Source: Felis catus (Eukaryota). From it: a stretch of 64,000 nt of DNA. Position 1 is the first letter of the stretch. Each line of letters starts with the position of its first letter. The stretch covers positions 114,206,001 to 114,270,000 of the forward strand of contig NC_058368.1 in NCBI RefSeq assembly GCF_018350175.1, given 5' to 3'. A model generated the notes under the pieces. The model did no database searches, had not been told where the DNA came from, and saw nothing but the letters and a program-made list of their open reading frames with translations. The translations under genes and the position numbers were made by a program. Shown here one piece after another: positions 25,381 to 38,830 of this stretch.

Positions 25381-26509
25381 AATAAGACTTGGTGTTTTAC
25401 TCCAAGAACCAAATTCAAGTCTCATCACAAATGAGAGTTACAATCATTTAATTGCCTATCTTACAGTTACTGGAGAGAATAAAAAAAAATAGCTTACAAG
25501 AAAAACTTATAAAGCTCTATTATAAAAGTACACTATTACATCACCAACTCTAATTTAATCTATAATTCCTTATACTATGAAATAACTGAAACAAGTGTAA
25601 GGACTGACAGAATACCTACATATTTTCTAGCCAGATGTAGCCAACATAATTCTTAAACAAATAGTGGAAAGTAGTAAAACAAAGAAACAAACAACAACAA
25701 AAAAACCCACGGCAAGTGGAGGGAACATAAAAGAAAGATGCAGTGACAGAAGACAAATGCTGAAAGCCCAGCAGTGAAATACAGAGTAAGAATACAGGGT
25801 TATGCTCTAAAATATGCCCCAGGACAAAAAAATAAAAGCTGTTAGAGTCAGGTTAAAGTATGGCCAGACTTCAACTTAAAAGACACAGAAATATGCAATT
25901 CTTTCTTGAGAAACTAAAGTATGTTTTATCATGTGAACAAATTGTACTTCCTCAGAATTCACTCCACATAAAACATTCATTCCTTTGTACATGGGCAGAA
26001 AAAGCTTTTTTATTCTAAACTATCAGCAGGCAAAACAGCCCATACTCTCCCCCCGACCCCATCCCTTCCCCACAAACATCAGCGTCCTCAAAAGGAGGTC
26101 CAGGCACTGTGGTCTCAATTAAGGTAAGCCAGAGAGCTCTGGTGGTAGTGGTGGCGGCGGCAGTACTAGTGGGAGGAGCAGCTGCAACATAATCATAACG
26201 CCAATGTTTTGGGGGCTGTCACAGCTTACTGCCAGGAACTAATTAAAGCCTGATGGGCATTTCCAGTAATTTCTCTGGCCTCCACCCATTACTTATGCAT
26301 CCATTATTGAAGCTTCCACATTGTTTAGTTCCGCATCTTCCCATCTCCACTTACCTAGTACTCAAGCATGCTAACAGTTACTTCTTTTAAGTAAGCTAAA
26401 TATTCTCATTCCACTCTCACATTTCATCTGCTTAGTAAACTCTCACTAAACAGTATGTTAAATATACTTCATTATAAGCCAATTTCTTCCATTGATTAAT
26501 GTGGTCAAA

Positions 26510-28295
26510 ACTGGTAAGTCTCCACAGCAAAGAAAACCATCATTAGAATGAAAAGGCAATCTAGTGAATGGGAGAAAATAATGGCAAGCAATGTATCTGA
26601 CAATAGGTCAATATCCAAAATGTATAAAGAACACATACAACTCAACAGGAAAAAGACCCAAACAATGCAATTTAAAAATGGGCAAAGGATCTGAATACAC
26701 ATTTGTCAAAGAAGACATACAGATGGTTAACAGGTACATGAAAAGGTATTCAACGTCACTAATCACCAGAGAAATACGAATCAAAACCACAGTAAGATAG
26801 CATCTCACACTTAGCAGAATGGCTATTATCAAAAAGACTAGAAATCACAAGTGTTGGGGAGCATGGGTGGCTCAAGTTGGCTGAACATCTAGCTCTTCTA
26901 AGTTTATTTATGTATTTTGAGAGGGGTGCAGAGAGAAGGGGAGAGAAAGAATCCCAAGTAGGCTCTACAATGTCAACACAGAACCCAATGAGAGACTTCA
27001 TCTCACAAACTGCAAGATCATGACTTGAACTGAAATCAAGAGTCAGCCACTTAACCAACTGAGCCACCTAGGCACCCTGAACATATGACTATTGATTTAG
27101 GCTCAGGTCATGATCCCAAGGTCACGGGATTGTGCCCCACTTCAGGCTCCGCCCTGAGCAGAGAGTCTGCTTAAGATTCTCTCTCTCCCTCTGCCTCTCC
27201 TCCCCTCGCAGTCAAGAAAGAAAGGAAAAGAGAGAAAGAGAGAGGGAGAGCAAACATTGGCACAAAGATGTGGAGAAAAGGGAACCATAGTGCACTGTTG
27301 TGAAAATGTAAAGTGACCCAGCCACTATGGAAAGCCGTATGGACGTACCTCAAAAAATTAAAATTAGAACATATGATTATCAGCAATTCCACTTTTGGAT
27401 ATTTATCCAAAGGAAACAAAACACTAATTCAAAAAGATAACTGCAGCGCCATGTTCACTGTAGCATTATTTACAATAGCCAAAACATGGAAACAACCTAA
27501 GTGTCTATCAATGGATGAATGAATAAAGAAAATGCGGTGTATATATTTATATATTTGGAGTATTATTTTGCCATAAAAAAGGAGGAAATCCTGCCATTTG
27601 TCACAACATGGATGGACCATGAGTGCATTATGCTAAGTGAAATAAGTCAGACAGAGAAAGACATATGCCATATGATGTCATTTATATGTGACATCTAAAA
27701 AACGAAACAAAAACAACCTCATAGATACAGAGAACAGATCTGTCATTGCCAGAGGTAGAGGCTCGGGGGTGGGCAAAATGCGTGAAAGCAGTAAAAAGGT
27801 ACAAACTTCCAATTAGAAAATGAATAAGATATAGGGATATAATGAAAATCACAGTGACTATATTTAATAATTCTGTATAGTATATTTGAATGTTGCTAAG
27901 AGTAGATCTTACAAGTCTCATCACAAGAAATAAAGTTTTTTAACTGTGTGGTGATGGATGTTAACTAGACAGGCTGTGATCACTTCATAATATATACAGT
28001 ATCATGTTGCATACTTGAAACTAATATAATATGTCAATTATATCGCAATTTTTAAAAATGTTTTTATGTTTATTTATTTTTGGGAGAGAGACAGAGCGTA
28101 CGCATGAGCAAGCAGGGGAGGGGCAAGGAGAGAGGGAAACACAGAATCGAAACATACTCCAGGCACTGAGCTATCAGCACAGACCCCAATGCGGGGCTTG
28201 AACTTATGAACTGTAAGATCATGAACTGAGCCGAAGTCAGACGCTTAACTGACTGAGCCACCCAGGTGCCCAATTATATTGCCATTTTTAAAAAT
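26510..28295 (+). mobile_element. Older L1 3' portion carrying nested SINEs (26856-27250, 26898-27077, about 28060-28271)
   Basis: ORF2 C-terminal motifs and 3' UTR interrupted by SINEs. Confidence 0.85.
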
Positions 28296-28824
28296 AAAGA
28301 GAGACTGGGATTTAAAAACAACAAAACAAACATGTTACTGAATGACTGTTTCCTGGCAGAGGTTTTAAGTATTTTCGTAACTGTTAAGAAAAAACAAAAA
28401 CAATCTGAGGAGATCTCATAATAGTACACATTGAAGTGACAATCATCTATCTCTTGTGCTCTATCATCTAGCTCTGCGAGACCTTCCCAAATACATCTGG
28501 ACTCCACTTGAAGGAGATTACATCTCATTAATTGCTCATTGTTTGGAGGATATAAATAAATGTAAGTTTGTTAGGTATCAACAATTAAAAGCTTGCTAAT
28601 CTTGAAATGGATTGATTTATGATAAAGTTATTGATAAGAACAAGTATTTTGATATAATCTCTAATCAGGCTACTGATCACTTTCAACCCCTCAAAAACAG
28701 TCCAAATTCCTGTACAAACTATTGTACCATTTACAGATCACTCTCCTATCAGTACAAAAATTCTAAATATTTACTACAAAGCTAGTAGCACATTTAAAAA
28801 ACCCATTAATTTGCTAAAGACTGA

Positions 28825-29872
28825 TCTGATAAAAGACTGTTACTCAAAATAAACGAAGAACTCCTAAAACTCAACAGAAAACAACCCAATTAAAAAATGG
28901 GCTTCGGGTTCGTGAGGAAAACAATGGGCAGAAGGCCTGAACTCATTAAAGATACAGATGACAAATAAGCATATGAAAAGATACTCAACATCATTATGGC
29001 ATTAAGAAAACTGCAAATTAAAAACAACAATGAAATATCATTATACACATATTAGAACTGCAAAAATCTGGAACACTGACAACAACAAATACTGGTGAAG
29101 TAGTGGAGCAAGAGGAAAACTTAAACATTACTGGTAGGAAAGCAAAATGGTACAGCCATTTTGGAAGACAGCTGGAGGTTTCTTATAAAATTTGTACCAT
29201 TTGACCTATCAATTATACTGCTTATTATTTACCCAAAGGTGCGAAGAACTTATGTCTACACAGATATTAGTACCAGTGTTATTGATAACTGCCAAAACTT
29301 GCAAGCAACCAAGATGTCCTTCAGTAGATGATTGGATAAATAAATTGTGGTACACTGCAGCAATGGCAATGACTAAGCGCTAAAAAATGAGCTATCAAGC
29401 CATGAAGCAAATGTGAAAGTAACTTAAATGCATACTACTAAGAAACCACTATGAAAAGGCTACATACTGTACAATTCCAACTATACGATTCTGGAAAAGG
29501 CAAAACTATGCAGACAATAAAAAGATCTATGGTTGCACGGGTGGTGGGAGAAATAAACAGAGCACAGAGGATGTTTAGGACAGGTTAAAAACCACAGTAT
29601 GAATATTATAACAAATACATGTCATTTTACGTTTGTCCAAACCTATGAAATGCACAACACTAGGAATGAACATTAAGGTAAACTAGACTGTGAATGATTA
29701 TGATGTGTCAAGGCAGGTTCGTCCTTGGTAAAATACGTACCATTCAGGTGAGTGACGGTGATAATGTGGGAGTGTGCCTGTGTTGGGGCAGGGAGCATAG
29801 GGGAAATTACCATACCTCCCTCTCCATTTTGTTGTAAACCTAAAACTGCTCTTAAAAAAACAACAAAAAAAA
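28825..29872 (+). mobile_element. Old L1M 3' end
   Basis: Diverged ORF2 end plus 3' UTR ending gtaaacctaaaactgctcttaaaaaa. Confidence 0.8.
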
Positions 29873-30046
29873 AGGTTTTGGGGAAAAATAATTTTTGCCT
29901 TGTTAACAAAGTAAATGATACACCAATTCACCAATTTCATTCAACACATTTACTTAGGGGCACCTGGCTAGCTCAGTCAGTAAAGCACATGACTCTTGAT
30001 CTCAGGGTTTTAAATTCAAGCCCCACACAGGGTGTGGAGCCTACTT

Positions 30047-30049
<3 letters not shown>

Positions 30050-30084
<35 letters not shown>
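30050..30084. repeat. (TA)n microsatellite at tail of short SINE (29957-30049)
   Basis: Perfect dinucleotide run. Confidence 0.95.
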
Positions 30085-30088
<4 letters not shown>

Positions 30089-31880
30089 ATTTAGTTGCCT
30101 ACTATGTGCCAGATGTTACTCATTTATTCGTCACATATTCCACAAATACTTAATGAATACCTATGTGTTCTAGATAATGGGATGCAATAATGAACAAATA
30201 AAAATCTCAATCCTCATGAAGGGTTGAGGGATTATAGTTCCTGGTGGGAGACAGACAGTAAACTACTAATTTAAAAGATATGTGCAATAGCGATAACACT
30301 ATCAAGGGCAAGAGGGAAAAGGACCGAAACTTCAGGGACTAGATGGGGGTGGGTCAATGGGAAGACCTGCTAATACTAATACAGAGTGATGAGGAGATTT
30401 GGCCTTACAGAAAAGGTAAAACTGAGCAAACATCTACAAGGTGAGAGGAAGAAGCAAACCACAGGACACCTGGGAAAACAGCAATCCAGATAGCTAACCT
30501 TAAGACTGAGCTGTCGGGGGGCCTGGGTGGCTCAGGTGGTTAAGCAACCAACTTCGGCTCAGGTCATGATCTCACGGTTCATGAGTTCGAGCCCCATGTC
30601 AGGCTCTGTGCTGAGCCTACTTCAGATGTTGTGTCTCCCTCTCTCTCTGCCCCTCCCCAGTTTGCACTCTGCCTCTCTCTCTCTCTCTCTCTCAAAAATA
30701 AACAAACATTAAAAAACTAAAAGAAAAAGAAAAAGACTAAGCTATCATTCAGTGTTTCTGCAGTACCTATTCCTCTATTTTTATACCTAGATGGCAATGG
30801 AAGTTTCTGAGAAGAGAAAGGAAAGGAAAATTCTCTAATTTTCCTTTTAAAACAATCACTCTGGCTGCTGTGCTAAGAACAGACCACAGGAAGGCAAAGA
30901 TGATATCAGTTACCAAGACTATATTAATCTATTAATCTAGGAGAAATTATATTGATATGGACCTACAGGGTGGCAATGAAAATGGTAAAAAGTGGTCAGA
31001 CGCCAGATAAACTTTGAAGGTATTGCCAACAGGACTCTGTAATGAATGGGATGTGCAGCGAAAGAAATCAAGGATAACCCAAGGCTTTTGGTCTATGCAT
31101 ATGGAAGGAGAAATTGCCCTTTACTGAGATTTTAAAGACAAAAAGAAGAACAGCCATGTGGACAAGATTATAAATTCAGTTTAGCGCCTGTAAAGCTTAA
31201 AATGCTTACAAGATATTCAAGTGGAGATGTTAAGTATAACAACTCGATATAGGAATCAAATTCAAGAGAAAGGCCTCAACTAGAGATATAAATTTGGAAA
31301 TCTTTACAGGTAGACAGTATTTCAAAACCATTAGATGAAATGATATTACCAACTGAGTGAATGAAAATAAGCAATCCGAGAAATGGGCACCGGGCTGTTC
31401 CAAATTTCAAAGGTTCAGAACACGAAAAGCAACCAACAAAGAAATAGGGCAGTCAGTCAAGTAGAAAACAACAGAGAAGAATGAGATATTCTGAAAGCCA
31501 AGGGGGAAAAAACAAAACAAAACAAACGAATGAATGAATGAATAAATAAATACATAAAACAAAAGAACCTATCAAGGTAGTGGGAGTAATTAATTAAATC
31601 AAACTGTACTCTTAGGTCAAGTAAAATGTGCAAGAGACATCATTGGTACCTTGCAAAAGCAGTTTCAGAGGAATGATGGGGCAAAAGGTTATCAGAAGTA
31701 GGTTTAAGAGAGAGTGGAAAGAGAAGAATTAAAGAAAAGAGACAATTCAAGTAATTTTATTAGAGGGGGAAGCAAAAAATAGGGGATTATCTACATACAG
31801 GGGGGTGAAGAGTCAAGAGAGAATTATTTCCTACACATGGGAAAATAACATTTTACACTGATGGGAATGATCCAGTAGAC
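30085..31880 (-). mobile_element. L2 remnants with nested plus SINE (30516-30732)
   Basis: L2 3' motifs (cctactatgtgccag, cactctggctgctgtg); SINE TSD aagact(g/a)agct(g/a)tc. Confidence 0.65.
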
Positions 31881-32357
31881 AGGTAGAAATTGAAAATCCA
31901 GAAAAGGGCAAGGAGACTACTACATGAAAAGGGAGTTATCTAATATACCAGCATAAGTAAAAGCATTAATATATAAGTAATATACAAGTGGAGTAAAAAT
32001 AACAGGAGCAACTTAACTTCAGTGAACGTTTCCTAGTTTATAAAATAATTTTATACTTCTACTTCTCTGGATACTTATAATAATCCTCTAACAGAAGTAT
32101 TACTCCCTACCTGTCTAAAGAAAATCAAGGAGCAGATAAGGAAAGTTAGGTAACTTGGCCAAAGTCACACTGCTATTAAAAGGCAAAGCCAGAATACAAA
32201 TCTCAGTCGACAGACCCTAAATTCTTTATTATACCTACACTTTAGTTCATGACTTAGAATGAAAACATGCTGAATAAAAACTTCCTTATCCATTAAGAAT
32301 CTTATTTTAAAAAGTTATCAAAACTAAACTGTGAAACATGTTGTACAAAGACACTGC

Positions 32358-32383
32358 ATGGATGAATGGATAAAGAAGATGTG

Positions 32384-32439
<56 letters not shown>

Positions 32440-32828
32440 AATGGAGGATTACTTGGCAATCAAAAAGAATGAAATCTTGCCATTTACAACTATGTAGATG
32501 GAGCTGGAGGTATTATGCTAAGTGAAATTAGTCAGAGAAAGACAAAAATCATATGACTTCACTCATATGAGGACTTTAAGAGACAAAACAGATGAACATA
32601 AGGGAAGGGAAACAAAAATAATATAAAAACAGGGAGGGGGGACAAAACATAGGAGACTCTTCAATATGGAGAACAAACTGAGGGTTACAGGAGGGGTTGT
32701 GGGAGAGGGGATGGGCTAAATAGGTAAGGGTCACTAAGGAATCTACTCCTGAAATCATTGTTGCACTATATGCTAACTAATTTGGATGCAAATTTTAAAA
32801 AATAAAAGATATAATTAAAAAAAAAAAG
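32358..32828 (+). mobile_element. L1 3' end with internal (TA)n
   Basis: TSD aaaga(c/t)actgc at 32347-32357 and 32829-32839; same 3' UTR type as the 12150 copy. Confidence 0.9.
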
Positions 32829-32860
32829 AAAGATACTGCTTTGTGTACGTATATGTATAT

Positions 32861-32896
<36 letters not shown>

Positions 32897-33117
32897 ATTT
32901 ATTTTTTATTTATTTATTTTTCATGCCCAGCACAGAGCCCAAAGCTGGGATTGAACTCACGACTCTGAGATCAAGACCTGAGTTGAGATCAAGTGTCAGA
33001 CACTTAACAGACTGAACTACCAGACACCCCAATTTGTATATTTATTGACGTTACTTTAAAAGCAATGCAACCATGGACAATTTATGACAGTGAAAACAAT
33101 TTAGTTACTTTTTAAAA

Positions 33118-33141
33118 ATTTTTTTAATGTTTATTTATTAT

Positions 33142-33220
<79 letters not shown>

Positions 33221-33386
33221 TGGAGAAGGGGCAGAGAGAGGGAGACACAGAATCCGAAGCAGGCTCCAGGCTCCAAGCTGTCAGCACAAAGCCTGATGTG
33301 GGGCTCAAACCCATGGAATGCAGACCACGATATCAGGACCTGAGGTGAAGTCAGATGCTTAACTGACTGAGCCACCCAGGCGCCCC
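33118..33386 (-). mobile_element. CAN-SINE with expanded (GA)n(GT)n
   Basis: Head ending cgcccc at 33386; compound microsatellite at about 33144-33218. Confidence 0.92.
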
Positions 33387-33768
33387 ACAATCTACTTTCA
33401 AAATGATGTTCGTGGTTTCCTCTATGAAAAGATCTCGCGTTCTTCAGGAAAAAATTGGGAATTAGAAAAAAAAAAGCTTTTAAAAAGAACAAAATACAAC
33501 CATAATACCACCAACCACCTCAGCTAACAATGTCATTTGTTTCCTTTCAGGAAAATATTTTTAAATATTTTATATCTACTTCTCTACCCAATGATGGTTC
33601 CTGATCTTTACTGATAGAGTGTATGTTCTTGGGACTCATAATCAAGAAAAATGTGTGTGTCAACAATAATGAACTATGACTTCTGGTATGAAAGGAATAC
33701 ACAAAGCAATCAGAGTTGCAGGTCTAGCACACCTAACCCAAAGATCTTTTATTCTTTCCATGTCTTAC

Positions 33769-33901
33769 CTGGTTATTTTCTTCATCCTCAAATACAAAAT
33801 CTTGCTGCATAACTTCACTGTCTAAATTAGTGCTAGCCACAGGTTCTGAACAGTCTCCGTTACTTTCACTGGCATTAATAATATCATCAGCAATATCAAC
33901 C
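33769..33901 (-). CDS. FAM13B: FAM13B exon, 133 nt ([13 protein letters not shown]...EENNQ)
   Basis: actag|GGTTGAT...AACCAG|gtaag; phase 2 to 0. Confidence 0.95.
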
Positions 33902-35685
33902 CTAGTAGTGAAGATAAAAAATCAGATCAGGCCAAATGTTGAATATGTAATGCTTTTAAAATAAATAAATATCAATAATGATCTGAAACTTCCACTTGTT
34001 AAGATAATGAGTCCTTTTCATAAAACTCCACACTTTATTCATTTTGCCAATTAGATTATTAAACACACGAAGTTTATTTTTGTCTCTCCAGGGAATGCTG
34101 CGAGAAAACTACCTTGTTTGTTATTCCCTTTGAAAATTTTCATAAACAAATGAACAGCTGAAAGAATAATTTATGTGCCAAAATAATTTCCCTTACAAAT
34201 GCATACTCTCAATCATAATCATCTGTTTCAATTAAAATACAAGTCTAGCACTAGACACTAAACACCACAGTGTCCAACACTTTATCAAGTACAACAGTAG
34301 TTTCCTACTACAAATTTTGCATGTTACATAATTTATTCAGAATATGCAAAATACTGCAGTAGGCTTTCGTTTACAAAGACAATACCACCATCAATGATAG
34401 AACATGAGTTATTTCCTCAGAGATAAAAATAAGGTTATTGTGTGAGCATGGGCATAGGTTTTCAGGATCTCTAGCTAAACTAAAGACTAACGCCAAGGAA
34501 TCTACTTATATGAATTATAACCTTTGGACTACTTTCCTACTATTTTCAACTTTTAGTTACTGCTGTTTTCAGATACTATTTTCCTTCATATTCGGCCCAA
34601 TACTCTTAAAAGCAATGCTTTTAAGCAATCCAGTTCTATCAGTTCCAATCATGCCTTCAAAGCAACACAAATCAGGGCCACAAAGCTCCACAGGCTGGTG
34701 ATGCCATCTCTTCAGACTACAGAGCACACCTGCAAGTTGTACAATATGGTATTCCTAAAATAAACATATTGCAATCCTTGGTTTTCATATCCATTAATTT
34801 TTTTCGGTTTCAATTCATATTTAATAGCTATTCTAATGCACTATACACACTTGGCCTTTTAAAAATCTAATTGAAAAAAAAAAAGAAACACTCTACCCAA
34901 TCTTTTTTTTTTTTTTTTTTACCTCCTATGAACCTTCCAAATTTGCATACATCTTTCTCATCTGTCCTCCAAATAAAAACTGGTAAATAAAAACTATGAA
35001 ATCACCGCATTATGGTCTCAGAGAAAGGCATGTATTTATCCCTCAAGTGCAGGACTGAGGTAACAGGAAAGGAGATGAGGCTTTTTATCCATTTAAAAGT
35101 AACAAGTGCAATGAAAAGTGGAATAACATCACACAGCACAGACATACTTTTAACTTATACAAGATTCAACTATTAACAACTAACCTAAAAAAAAGTATGC
35201 AGGGAGGCCAGCAGGGTAGTAGCTTGTGACAGGGGATAAAATTTAAAAAGCAAAGGATGATTCTGCTCACTATTTCACTTAATGACTATGCAATACAAGC
35301 AAAGTCAATCTGGTGTCCCTGTACCTTGCTGTCTAGATCACTTCATGTCTCTCATGGTGAGACCATGTGTGGCACACAGTATGGGTCTTTAAGTTTTTTT
35401 AAGTTATTTTTCATACAACATAGTCCCTAAAGCTAAGCTCACTACTTCATCTGGTGCTCAGGGAGGAAAACCTGGCAGTATTGGACTTAATGTCTACCAT
35501 CTTAATGGAAAATTTAGATTTTCAATATTAACTATATACAATTTACATACAAATTTATACAGTCACTTTCCACACACACTTTCAGAAATCCCCAAGATCC
35601 CATTTTAAGTAAACTATGGTTTTTAGAAGATAATCAAACATTTTATAACAATAAATAACAGTAAAATGTTGTAAAAGTTTCTTAC

Positions 35686-35841
35686 TGGTTATTAGATCCT
35701 TCCCCATCACAATTAATACTTTCTGCTTCATTATTACACACCAGACTTTGCTGTTGTAAATTCTTAAAATCATGATCTATGCTGCTCTGCAGATCAAAAA
35801 GATGCTGTTCCACAGCTGCTCTAATTGTTCTTTCTAAAATG
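35686..35841 (-). CDS. FAM13B: FAM13B exon, 156 nt ([18 protein letters not shown]...GSNNQ)
   Basis: tgtag|CATTTTA...AACCA|gtaag; symmetric phase 2. Confidence 0.95.
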
Positions 35842-36321
35842 CTACAAAACAGAACACATTTTAGTAAGAAGCAGTCACCCTAACTGGGCATTTGGCCACA
35901 TAAATATAAACATTAAAACCAATGACTAGTAAAACAAATTATCAGGGTACTGAAATGTAGAAGCTAGCATACAAAAAGAAACATACAAAAGGAATACATG
36001 ATACTAGGTTAAATTTTTAAAAGAAATGTGTCCAAATTAATAGACAAATCAACCATACTATCACTATTACTACCAAGGTGGGAAGGATCAGGTGTCCCAG
36101 TATTCATTCCTTGTAACTATACAGAAAACCATTTAAATAGACTTTTCAAAGCTACATTTATAACGCAAAACAATTTGTCAATACTTAGCTAAATCAAAGA
36201 AAACTGTAAGGACCCTGTCCATATTTTTTACATGAAGTCTACTTCTTAAAGAGACCTACTGACATTTCTGAATCATTTCAGAAGATCAAAAAGATCATCT
36301 GAAGAAAGTTCAATCTTTATT

Positions 36322-36410
36322 CTATACATGTATATATATGTATATATATTCTGTATATATATATACATATATACACATACACATATGTATATATACATAT
36401 ACATATGTAT
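36322..36410. repeat. Degenerate (TA/CA)n microsatellite
   Basis: tatatatatg/tatacatata units. Confidence 0.9.
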
Positions 36411-36571
36411 TTGTTCCTACTGCAGTATATAAAATATTAACTAGGTTTCACTAACTTATGTACAGTCCTTCCTCTAAAGTAAGCATAATACATACCATGA
36501 TTTTAATTTCCACAGTTTAGTAATATTTTTATATTAAAAACAGGTTTGTCTTCTCTAAGTATACTACTTAC

Positions 36572-36613
36572 TCTGCAGAGGCTGGTAAGATGCTGATGGG
36601 AGATAAATGGGCA
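36572..36613 (-). CDS. FAM13B: FAM13B exon, 42 nt (AHLSPISILPASA)
   Basis: tacag|TGCCCAT...GCAGA|gtaag; symmetric phase 2. Confidence 0.93.
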
Positions 36614-37174
36614 CTGTAATCAAAGAAAGAAAAAAGCTATTAAAACTTTTCAATATTAACTTCATGAAGTGTTGAAAACTGCCACATTTGCATGACCTTG
36701 ACACAACCAGGAGAGCACGCACTAAGTTACATGTTCATCTCTGGCACAATGTGATGCTAATTTTCTAAAGAATTTATTTTTCATACAAAACTATACATAC
36801 CCATGTGTATAGGCAACTACTTCATTTGGTGCTCAAGTGAAGAAACACTGACCTATTCCAAGGCTGAAGGGGAAAAAAGTGTACTACCAGCCCAACAAAA
36901 GCACCTCATCTAGGATAGTATGAAGGCATCAGTGCTCATTCCGTACTCCCTGCCAAGAGTAACAGCATGTGCTACTATTCAAGTCACAAAAAAAGGCAAA
37001 ATGGATACCAAAACCAGACTATTTCATTCACTGTGCCAGTAGCAGACCTTCCTCAGCCAATTCTGCACCACAGTATCTACGGATACTTATAAATATAGAC
37101 AAAATAATCCCATTTTTACCATAGTTAAAAGTCCAACTGACACCCACAATGAAATGTGGACACCACTAAAACGT

Positions 37175-37298
37175 TTAAAATAAAGTGTTGGTGAGGATGT
37201 GAAGCAACTAGAACTTTATATACTGCTGGTGGAAATATACAATGTTCCAACCACTTTGGAAGCCAGTTTGGCACTTTTTTAAAAAATGTTTATTTAGT

Positions 37299-37344
<46 letters not shown>

Positions 37345-38415
37345 TCAGGGAGGGATCAGAGAGGGAGACACAGAATCTAAAGCACATTCCAGGCTCTGAG
37401 CTGTCAGCACAGAGACCAACGCGGGGCTCGAACTCATGTTCAAGTCAGACACTTAATCAACTGGGCCACCCAGGCACCCAGTTTGGCACTTTCTTATAAA
37501 ACTTACCAAATGGGGAGAAAACGGGCGGGGGCACACCTGGCTGGCTTAGTTGGCAGAGCCAGCAACTCTTGATTTTGGGGACGTGAGTTTGAGCCCTATG
37601 TTGGGTGTGGAGATTTAAAAATAAAATCTTAAAAAAAAACAAAAACAAAACCAAAAAACTTCCTAAATGAGCCCACAATTGTAACTCCTGGGTATTTAAT
37701 CAAGAGACGTGAAAGTATAATTCCATAGGAATCCTTGCACAAGCATAGCAGCTTTATTCGTAATAGCCAAAGGTATCAACCCAAACAGGTGAATACAGAA
37801 ACAAATTGTAGGACATCCTACGACAGAATACACTCAGCATTTTTTTTAAATAAAAGGCACAAACAACTGAAAAATGCCAAGAACATGAATCTCAACATTA
37901 TGCAAAGCAAAGATGCCAGACACAAAAGAGTACCTACTAGAGGGGATTCTATTTACATGAAATTCTAAAACAGGCAAAACTAATCTATACAGTGGGGCAC
38001 CTGAGCGGCTCAGTCGGTTAAGTGTCCGACTTCAGCTCAGGTCATGATCTCTCAGCTTGTGGGTTTCAGCCCCCATCAGGTTCTGTGCTGATAGCTCAAA
38101 GCCTGGAATCTGCTTCAGATTCTGTGTCTCCCTCTCTCTCTGACTCTCCTGCACTCACTCTCTCTCAAAAATAAACATTAAAAAAAATTTTTTTAATAAC
38201 TAATCGATACAGTGACAGAAAGGATATCAGTCGTGACATGGGGCCAGACTGTTGGGTGATGGTAAACAGTCTGTGTCTTGACAGTGGTAGTTGTAAACAC
38301 ATACATGTAAATGTGTACGTTTATAAAGTGCATTTTATTGAGTGAAAATTACAGCCTCAAAGGTGATTTTTTTTAAATGTTTATTTATTTTGAGAGAGAA
38401 AGAGAGCAGGGGAGG

Positions 38416-38474
<59 letters not shown>

Positions 38475-38830
38475 GGAGAGAGAGAATCCCAAGCAGGCTC
38501 CACAACGTCGGTACAGAGCCCAATGTGGGGCTCAATCCCACGAAGAGTGAGATCATGACCTGAGTCAAAATCAAGAGTTAGGATGTTTAACTGACTGAGC
38601 CACCCAGATGCTGCTCAAAGTTGATTTTTAAAGAAAAAAATAGTTAACAGAAAAAAGTAATCTATAGCAACAGAAGCCACAGAGCAGCTACTTTTGGCAA
38701 AAAGGGAGATGGAAGAATTTGAGAAGGAAGAAGTAACCCAGGTGGTGGTTATACTAGTTGAGTTTTTGATAATTCAATAACCTTATGATTTGTGAACTTT
38801 TCTGTATGTCTGTGACTCAATAAAGAGTCA
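37175..38830 (+). mobile_element. Old L1M remnants with four nested SINEs (37280-37479 -, 37528-37640 +, 37994-38197 +, 38367-38613 -)
   Basis: aagtgttggtgaggatgtg...actgctggtgg L1 motif; TSDs ccagtttggcacttt and taatc(t/g)atacagtg. Confidence 0.75.

Noticed and set aside
26140..26190. GGT/GGC-rich stretch as CpG island or coding remnant
   Set aside because: Too short, with no ORF or compatible splice context.
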